A DNA stretch of 32,000 bases, taken from assembly GCA_963699255.1 (NCBI GenBank), contig OY969425.1, forward strand, positions 480,001 through 512,000, in the 5' to 3' direction. The DNA comes from an uncultured bacterium (GTDB lineage Bacteria > Margulisbacteria > WOR-1 > CAVSGV01). The stretch's first letter is position 1, and every line of letters starts with the position of its first letter. Below are positions 25,942 through 32,000 of the stretch, in pieces. The notes beneath the pieces are model-generated. The model was not told the DNA's origin. It searched no databases and saw only the letters and a list, made by a program, of their open reading frames with translations. The position numbers and the translations under genes are program-made.

Positions 25942-27227
25942 TAGACAGATATTCTCTTGAGAAGATGAAATCCATATGGAGCGAGGAGAACAAATTCAGG
26001 AAGTGGCTTGAAGTTGAGCTCGCCGCCTGCGAGGCTTGGAAGACCCTGGGCAAGATCCCCGAAACCTCTCTCAGAAGGATAAAAAAGGACGCCAAGTTCT
26101 CCATCAAGAGGATAAAAGAGATAGAGAAGACCGTCGATCACGACGTCATAGCGTTCCTGACGAACGTGGCGGAGCATGTGGGGCCGGATTCAAGGTTCAT
26201 CCATATGGGGATGACCTCTTCCGACGTGGTGGACACGTCGCTTTCCCTCCTGATGAGGGAATCCGCGCAGCTCATCATTTCGGACATAAAGGACCTTATA
26301 AGGGCGCTGAAGGCGAAAGCGAAGGAGCACAGGCGCACGCTGATGATAGGGCGCACCCACGGGATACACGCGGAGCCGACCACCTTCGGCCTCAAGATGG
26401 CGCTTTATTACGAGGAGATGAAGAGGAACCTGGACAGGATGACAAGGGCGATGGAGATAGTGAGCGTTGGTAAATTCTCCGGAGCCGTCGGGACATATTC
26501 AAATATCGAGCCGAAAGTGGAAGAGATAGCCTGCAAAAAGCTCGGGATAAAGAGGGTGGAAGTCGCCACGCAGGTCATCCAGAGGGACAGGCACGCAGAA
26601 TATCTTACGACCATCGCTATAGTCGCCGCGACCCTGGAAAAGATCGCGACGGAGATAAGGAACCTGCAGAGGACGGAAATACAGGAAGCGGAAGAGCCGT
26701 TCAAGCAGGGGCAGAAAGGCTCGTCAGCCATGCCTCACAAGAGGAACCCGATAACCTGCGAGAGGATCGCCGGCCTTGCAAGGGTCTTAAGGTCCAATGC
26801 TCTCGTCTCTCTTGAGAACGTGGCGCTGTGGCATGAGAGGGACATAACACACTCTTCAACGGAGAGGATAATCGTCCCCGACAGCTCGATACTCATCGAT
26901 TACATGCTCCAGACATTGACGCGCATCATCGACAACATCGTCGTATATCCCGAGAACATGAAAAAGAACGTGGACAGGACCCAGGGATTGATCTTCTCCC
27001 AGAGGCTCCTTCTGATGCTCGTGAGCAAAGGCCTGAAAAGGGAGGACGCGTACAGCATAGTGCAGTCGAACGCCATGAAATCCCGCGGCAGGCGCAACCT
27101 TAAGGACGAGGTGCTCGCCGATCCCGTGGCCGCGAAATATCTGAGCAGGAAGGATGTCGAGTCGGCCTTTGACATAAACTATTACCTGCGGAACGTTGAC
27201 GACATATTCAAGAGGATCGGCATATAA
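25938..27227 (+). CDS. purB: Adenylosuccinate lyase
   Basis: MIDRYS...W, HDVIAFLTNVAEHVG, GMTSSDVVDT, signature QKGSSAMPHKRNPI; ATGA overlap with ispG. Confidence 0.97.
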   Translation: MIDRYSLEKMKSIWSEENKFRKWLEVELAACEAWKTLGKIPETSLRRIKKDAKFSIKRIKEIEKTVDHDVIAFLTNVAEHVGPDSRFIHMGMTSSDVVDTSLSLLMRESAQLIISDIKDLIRALKAKAKEHRRTLMIGRTHGIHAEPTTFGLKMALYYEEMKRNLDRMTRAMEIVSVGKFSGAVGTYSNIEPKVEEIACKKLGIKRVEVATQVIQRDRHAEYLTTIAIVAATLEKIATEIRNLQRTEIQEAEEPFKQGQKGSSAMPHKRNPITCERIAGLARVLRSNALVSLENVALWHERDITHSSTERIIVPDSSILIDYMLQTLTRIIDNIVVYPENMKKNVDRTQGLIFSQRLLLMLVSKGLKREDAYSIVQSNAMKSRGRRNLKDEVLADPVAAKYLSRKDVESAFDINYYLRNVDDIFKRIGI

Positions 27228-27237
27228 GAACAATATC

Positions 27238-27275
27238 ACAATGACCAATTAACAAATCCCAATTAATGAATAATA
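27238..27275 (+). repeat. Island F: weak heptamer array (AATNNNC-like) in the purB-purS spacer
   Basis: aatgacc aattaac aaatccc aattaat gaataat; 7-nt frame starting at 27240. Confidence 0.45.
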
Positions 27276-27290
27276 TTAGAAAGGTGATTT

Positions 27291-27539
27291 ATGTTTAACG
27301 CGAAAGTAACTGTAAGGCTGAAAAAAGGGCTTCTTGATCCCCAGGGGACGGCTATAGGCGGGGCGCTGAAATCGCTGGGCTATTCACAGGTAAAAGAGGT
27401 CAAGGTCGGAAAGTTCATCGAGATCCAGCTTGACGCGAAGAACAAGGCGGAAGCGGCCAAAAAGACGGAAGAAATGTGCAAAAAACTTCTTGCCAATCCC
27501 GTCATCGAGGTCTACAGCTGCGAGATAGAGGAAGCATAG
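27291..27539 (+). CDS. purS: Phosphoribosylformylglycinamidine synthase subunit PurS
   Basis: 82 aa; AKVTVRLKKGLLDPQGTAIGGALKSLGY and synteny with purQ. Confidence 0.95.
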   Translation: MFNAKVTVRLKKGLLDPQGTAIGGALKSLGYSQVKEVKVGKFIEIQLDAKNKAEAAKKTEEMCKKLLANPVIEVYSCEIEEA

Positions 27540-28220
27540 ATGCGTTTTGGAGTTGTCACATTCCCCGGATCCAACTGCGATTACGACTGCTACAATGCCG
27601 TAAAAAGAGTGCTGAAGGAGCCGGTGGAGTTCATATGGCACGCGGACAAAAAGCTAGACCACTTTGACTGCATAATCCTTCCGGGCGGTTTTTCCTACGG
27701 AGATTACCTCAGGACCGGAGCAATAGCTCACTTCGCCAATATAATGGCCGATGTTAAGGAATTCGCGTCAAAGGGCGGGCTGGTGATAGGCATCTGCAAC
27801 GGCTTCCAGATACTGACCGAAGCCGGGCTTCTTCCGGGCGCGCTTCAGAGGAATAAAAGCCTTCAGTTCATCTGCAAAAACGTTCATTTGAAGTGCGAGA
27901 ACAATAAGACCCCGTTCACAGCTAAGATGAAAAAGGGACAGGTCATAAGGATACCTATCGCCCACGGAGAGGGCAATTACACGGCCGATAAGGCCACCCT
28001 TAAGGAACTCGAAAAGAACAAACAGATCATTTTCAGGTATTGCGATGAGAAGGGGAGGGCGACGGAAGAATCGAACCCGAACGGCTCTATGCTGAACATC
28101 GCCGGGATCTGCAACAAGAAGCGCAATGTCCTGGGTATGATGCCCCACCCGGAGCGCTGTTCCGAGGCCATCCTGGGCGGTATCGACGGGAAATACATCT
28201 TCGAATCGATATTGAGCTGA
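27540..28220 (+). CDS. purQ: Phosphoribosylformylglycinamidine synthase subunit PurQ
   Basis: [46 protein letters not shown]. Confidence 0.97.
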   Translation: MRFGVVTFPGSNCDYDCYNAVKRVLKEPVEFIWHADKKLDHFDCIILPGGFSYGDYLRTGAIAHFANIMADVKEFASKGGLVIGICNGFQILTEAGLLPGALQRNKSLQFICKNVHLKCENNKTPFTAKMKKGQVIRIPIAHGEGNYTADKATLKELEKNKQIIFRYCDEKGRATEESNPNGSMLNIAGICNKKRNVLGMMPHPERCSEAILGGIDGKYIFESILS

Positions 28221-28230
28221 GGCCTGAGAG

Positions 28231-29787
28231 TCAATCCTGACAGGGGAACACTTCAAGTATCTGCGCCTTCTTCGGCCCTATCCCCACAGGTAAACCATAT
28301 CTTTTTAATTCTTCCGTTGTCATTATCGTGAACATGGAGGGGTCCAATAAATTCTGAAAACGGTATTTGTTTATCCCGGGCGACAAAAGCGGGGTAACAT
28401 CAAAGTTCCGCCATCTTTTTCCCGAACCATCCGCTCTGTTCGAAAGATTCACTGCGACGATCGCTTTTTGATCCTTATATGATCTTGCAAAAGCCCTTAC
28501 GTCAGAATCCCATCCCGAATGGGTGTTAAGATAATGCATTTTCCCGGCCCTGAACAGCGGCCTGCTCTAAACCTTTGAAAGCGCGATATAGAACCTGGCC
28601 ATATCGGGATCGACATTGTTATAATCGATATACGACTCGGCATATCTGTTGTAGGCATATCCGATCACCGCTTCGATCTCGCCGTTATAGAACATTGGCA
28701 CTCCGGGGAGCGTCGCGATCAGAGCTGTCGCGGTCATTTTTTCCGTCCTGTCAAAGTACCTTAACTTGTCTATCGTGTGGCCGTTAAAATATACATCTCT
28801 TACGTCATGCCCGTCGATATTATGGACCGCTGAAAAAGCCGAACGCGGGCCCTGCGCCCAGGTCAACGCGCGCAGATAGTTATCAAAATCGTTGACGCCC
28901 ATGCTGCCTTTGAACGCGTCATAAATAAAATAAGGGCAATCCTGGTCCTGAACAAGGTCAGCCCCGCAATTCCAAATTTCGTTATGAACATACTTATCCA
29001 TTGTTTCCGCCAGGAATTGGGCATTCGGATTAAGCTTTTTCGCTCTTGTAATGACCTCCTGCAGGAAATCTACAGGATACAGCTTGTCAACTTCTGATTC
29101 TCTTCCATGATACCAGTTTTCTTTCATTATTCTCTTCAGCAGCGCCGGCGCCGCGTCGATCCTCAACCCGTCAAAACCGAGTTCGTGCATAAGATCAACG
29201 GATCCAAGAAGATATTTCTTCACTTCGGGATTTAAAAAATCGAACTGGGCGGTATCCGCGAAAATATGGCTTCCGTTGCGGTCGGTCCCGTGTTGGATCC
29301 ATCCGGAATCATATTTCAGGAACCAATCCGGATGATCGATCAATAAGGGGCTTATCCTTGAGACATGGTTCAGTATCGAATCGCATATAACTTTCACTCC
29401 GTTGTCATGGATCGTCTTGATAAGGCTTATTAATTCGCGTTTTGTCCCGTACCTTTCCTCGATCTGATATAGGTCCGTAAGTGCAAAAGGCGCAGCACCT
29501 CTTCTGATCTCAGTTTTTCCGCCGTATTCGATCTCCGCGCCGTTCTGGAGCACGCCGCACAGCCATATGGTTCCAATATTATGCCCTGCAATTTGCGGAA
29601 TTCGCTGTTCAATATTCTTAAAATTGCTTATGCGGATATCTTTTGAGTAGTTATCCTTGACCATGATCTGATACATGGTTTTTTTCATTATCCAGTAACT
29701 TTTCGCAATGATCGACATGCCGAATAACTCCTTATATTTGAGCTTGCACCTCAAGTATATATCAATAAGAACGCGTGATAATTTCAA
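28231..29787 (-). pseudogene. GH13 alpha-amylase-family glycoside hydrolase split by a single in-frame TAG (28567-28569)
   Basis: ORF 28567-29787 has GH13 motifs (DSILNHV, GFDGLRIDAAP, FLAETMD, NIDGHD). ORF 28231-28539 is the same frame (9 codons between stop and the next Met) and encodes a C-terminal beta-domain (VNLSNR...). Translation start uncertain. Confidence 0.75.
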
Positions 29788-30529
29788 TTAAACCGGAAGA
29801 TGAAGATATTTGATCGCGGGATCGAAGCTGTCGCACGCAAAAATGATCGAAAAAGGGAAGGGGAGAGAGCCAGAAAGATCAAATTCAAACGTTTCTCAGG
29901 CGGATATGGCCGTAATAATCAATAAATAACATCAAAATCCCATATTGCCACATAAATTCCTAAGGTGACGAATAATGGTGACGATTATCATGGGCAATTA
30001 TGCGCCACTATTAATTATCACTTTTGGCGTCCCAATGCGAAAAACAAGCCATTATTATGTTTAATCGTGTACATGCGTGAATATGCCAGACAGAAATCCA
30101 AATAAGCCATTTACAGCCCCGAAAACTCAAAGATCAACTCAATAATACTGAAATAAACCCCAAAAACATCAAAATGAACCCCTAAAATAGGTAGATAGAT
30201 ACCGTAAGATGTAAAGTCGATGACAAATTCATCAAAAAACAACAAAATTTATACAAATATACATACATATGGCTAAATTATGAGAAAAACAGCTTAAAAT
30301 AGGCAAATATAAGGCACAATACGGCCTGAAGATCCTAAATCGAATGAGAAACTTTGTCAGAAAAACCGAGTAAACAACTGGCCAGGGATAAATCTCATGA
30401 CATAGGTATGGAGTGGGACTGCCGGGGGTGAAAAATCAGTATTTTTGTGCTACAAAGCCACCTTTTGATGCTTGCCTTACTTGACATAAGATATATTATG
30501 CGACGTTAAACATGAAGAAAAGCGGCTGT

Positions 30530-31534
30530 TTAGTGTATTTTGCTCAAATAATACGCTTCATTGGTCATTGCAGCCCTGAAGGCATTTAAGCTGTCAGATG
30601 ATGAATCCACCCTCCAATCGCTTTCTTTCTTCATATTGAACCATACGTAAAGCTTGATCTTTTTATAGTTATTCTTCAAACTATTAAATGCATCGGCAAT
30701 CCAGAGAGGCTTGTTTGTTGCTGGTTCTGCAGTTCCGCATGCCATTTCCCCTACCATGACCGGTTTATTTGAGAGGATCGCGCTTGGAAATGAAGAATAA
30801 CCTAATAATAAAACATCATCAGAAGAAGTTGACCCGGAATTCGAATAACCGTCAAATGCGACCCAGTCAACAAAAGTATCTCCGGGGTAATAATTTTGGA
30901 CCATGTTCCAATCGTCCGTAGGGTTGCTGTGATCCATCGGACACCACACCCAGGTCACGTTTTTTGCCCCAACGGCTTCAAATGTAGCGTGTATCCTTTC
31001 CCAAGCGGCCTTATACTTGCTGGTCGCCGCTTCATCGCTGCCGTTAAATGCTCCCGACCATGGATACCAGTTGCCGTTCATTTCATGAGCAAATCTTAAA
31101 AATAACGGCTTTCCCCATGATTCCGCCGATATAGCGAAAGCCGTAATATAGCTGTCGCAGTCACCGGAAATAATATGATCAAGAGAAAATGAAGTGTCGC
31201 TGCTGGATCCCCAATTCCATGGCTCCCAGGTAAGCATAGGTATGCTGTTGTGGTCATGGACAATGTCACAGGCCGAGGTCGGGAAAAGGCTGACAAAATC
31301 CAGATACCACATGACAACGGCGACTTCCCTGGAAATAAGGCCTTCATAATATGTTATTGATTCAGCCGAAGGCTCGCCGTCGTGAAGAAATACACCGATG
31401 CCGCAGCCGGAATAATCTCCCGTGATCTTTAATGTTGGAACAGTTCCGCCGGTTTGTTGGGTCGTTGAACAGGATACCATGCAGCAAACCAACGCGATAA
31501 GGAGTACGAGGATCAAATAGAAGCGTTTTCTCAT
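30530..31534 (-). CDS. Secreted lipoprotein, GH26 (beta-mannanase)-like glycoside hydrolase
   Basis: Lipobox MVSCS; SWGKPLFLRFAHEMNGNWYPW and KPVMVGEMACG are GH26-type acid/base and nucleophile regions. Confidence 0.85.
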   Translation of the reverse strand: MRKRFYLILVLLIALVCCMVSCSTTQQTGGTVPTLKITGDYSGCGIGVFLHDGEPSAESITYYEGLISREVAVVMWYLDFVSLFPTSACDIVHDHNSIPMLTWEPWNWGSSSDTSFSLDHIISGDCDSYITAFAISAESWGKPLFLRFAHEMNGNWYPWSGAFNGSDEAATSKYKAAWERIHATFEAVGAKNVTWVWCPMDHSNPTDDWNMVQNYYPGDTFVDWVAFDGYSNSGSTSSDDVLLLGYSSFPSAILSNKPVMVGEMACGTAEPATNKPLWIADAFNSLKNNYKKIKLYVWFNMKKESDWRVDSSSDSLNAFRAAMTNEAYYLSKIH

Positions 31535-31999
31535 TTATTCAATGCGTCGACCACTTCACCCGCAAAGGCATCGGAATACCTGTATATGTCGACCGTAATG
31601 AAGTTCTTATCTATAACTATGTCTTTTTCAACGTAGCTTACGCCCATTTTCTTGAGATCTCTGGCCAATGAAGGATGAACGGTGGCCTTTATGTCCTTTA
31701 AAAGGCCCCATTTGGCCAGATAAACGGGAATATTATCCATCGCGCATATCAATTTGCCTTTCGCGTTGAATTCCCTGGCTTTATCGATAAGGACCGGGTT
31801 TTCATAGAATTTCTTCGCGAGATACCCGCCGACAAAGACGACCGCGTCATATCGGTCAACATTTATCTGTTCAACGGCCAAATTCGGCCTGACCTTCATA
31901 ATATCCGTGCCCAGAGCTATCTCGCTCGTGGAAGCTGACGCGACCTCAACGGTGTACCCTGCCCTGCTTATAATGACTTTTGGGATGGTATATTCGTCA
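31531..31999 (-). CDS. DJ-1/PfpI family protein, 5' end beyond the window
   Basis: Frame open to the window edge: DEYTIPKVIISRAGYTVEVASAST...YDAVVFVGG...KGKLICAMDNIPVYLAKWG. Overlaps the GH26-like gene start by 4 nt. Confidence 0.75.
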   Translation of the reverse strand, partial: DEYTIPKVIISRAGYTVEVASASTSEIALGTDIMKVRPNLAVEQINVDRYDAVVFVGGYLAKKFYENPVLIDKAREFNAKGKLICAMDNIPVYLAKWGLLKDIKATVHPSLARDLKKMGVSYVEKDIVIDKNFITVDIYRYSDAFAGEVVDALNK

Positions 32000-32000
32000 T

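Noticed and set aside
25434-26177. 247-aa minus-strand ORF
   Set aside because: Lies antisense over ispG and purB, which have clear family motifs; composition-driven shadow ORF.
26856-27248. 130-aa minus-strand ORF over purB
   Set aside because: Antisense shadow ORF without recognisable motifs.
28567-28569. Genome-wide TAG recoding
   Set aside because: TAG terminates the GxxExxY gene (17185-17187) and the RDD-protease gene, with no extended conserved frame beyond them.
1-32000. rRNA or tRNA genes
   Set aside because: No rRNA conserved segments or recognisable tRNA cloverleaf with TTCGANNC-type arm seen on reading; a tRNAscan-SE run would be needed to exclude a tRNA formally.

Overview
32-kb window from an uncultured bacterium; the lineage cannot be assigned from the sequence alone. 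The left two thirds is an envelope/secreted-protein region. It holds a partial beta-helix protein, a small exported protein (602-1093), a ~4,715-aa secreted protein (alpha/beta-hydrolase-like N-terminus, many FlgD/Ig-like repeats, BNR-like stretch, FlgD/type-A-like C-terminus), a four-helix-bundle (S23/IVP-type) gene, a PorV/UPF0164-like outer membrane protein, a GxxExxY (PDDEXK_3-type) gene, a six-repeat NHL protein and a large outer membrane protein. Two decayed duplicates of the [small exported protein + hydrolase N-terminus] cassette follow. The right third is mostly ordinary: RDD+S1C protease, BamE-like protein, ispG, purB, purS, purQ, a GH13 gene split by one in-frame TAG, a GH26-like lipoprotein and a partial DJ-1/PfpI protein. 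The most interesting signal is a set of short-word iterated islands at gene junctions. Two surround small ORFs: heptamers NNNNAGT/ACTNNNN on both sides of the four-helix-bundle gene, and ACGGAT-type modules on both sides of the GxxExxY gene, inverted relative to each other. A third is an 89-bp 'empty' inverted element (21636-21724) with the geometry of the GxxExxY island, but every word changed from ACGGAT to ACGAAT. Two further heptamer arrays (CTCTANN) sit exactly where the duplicated hydrolases are truncated, and a weaker one lies between purB and purS. I suggest these are related mobile or recombinogenic elements whose word varies between islands but is homogenised within each. Some arrays now supply coding sequence, start codons or stop codons for neighbouring genes.
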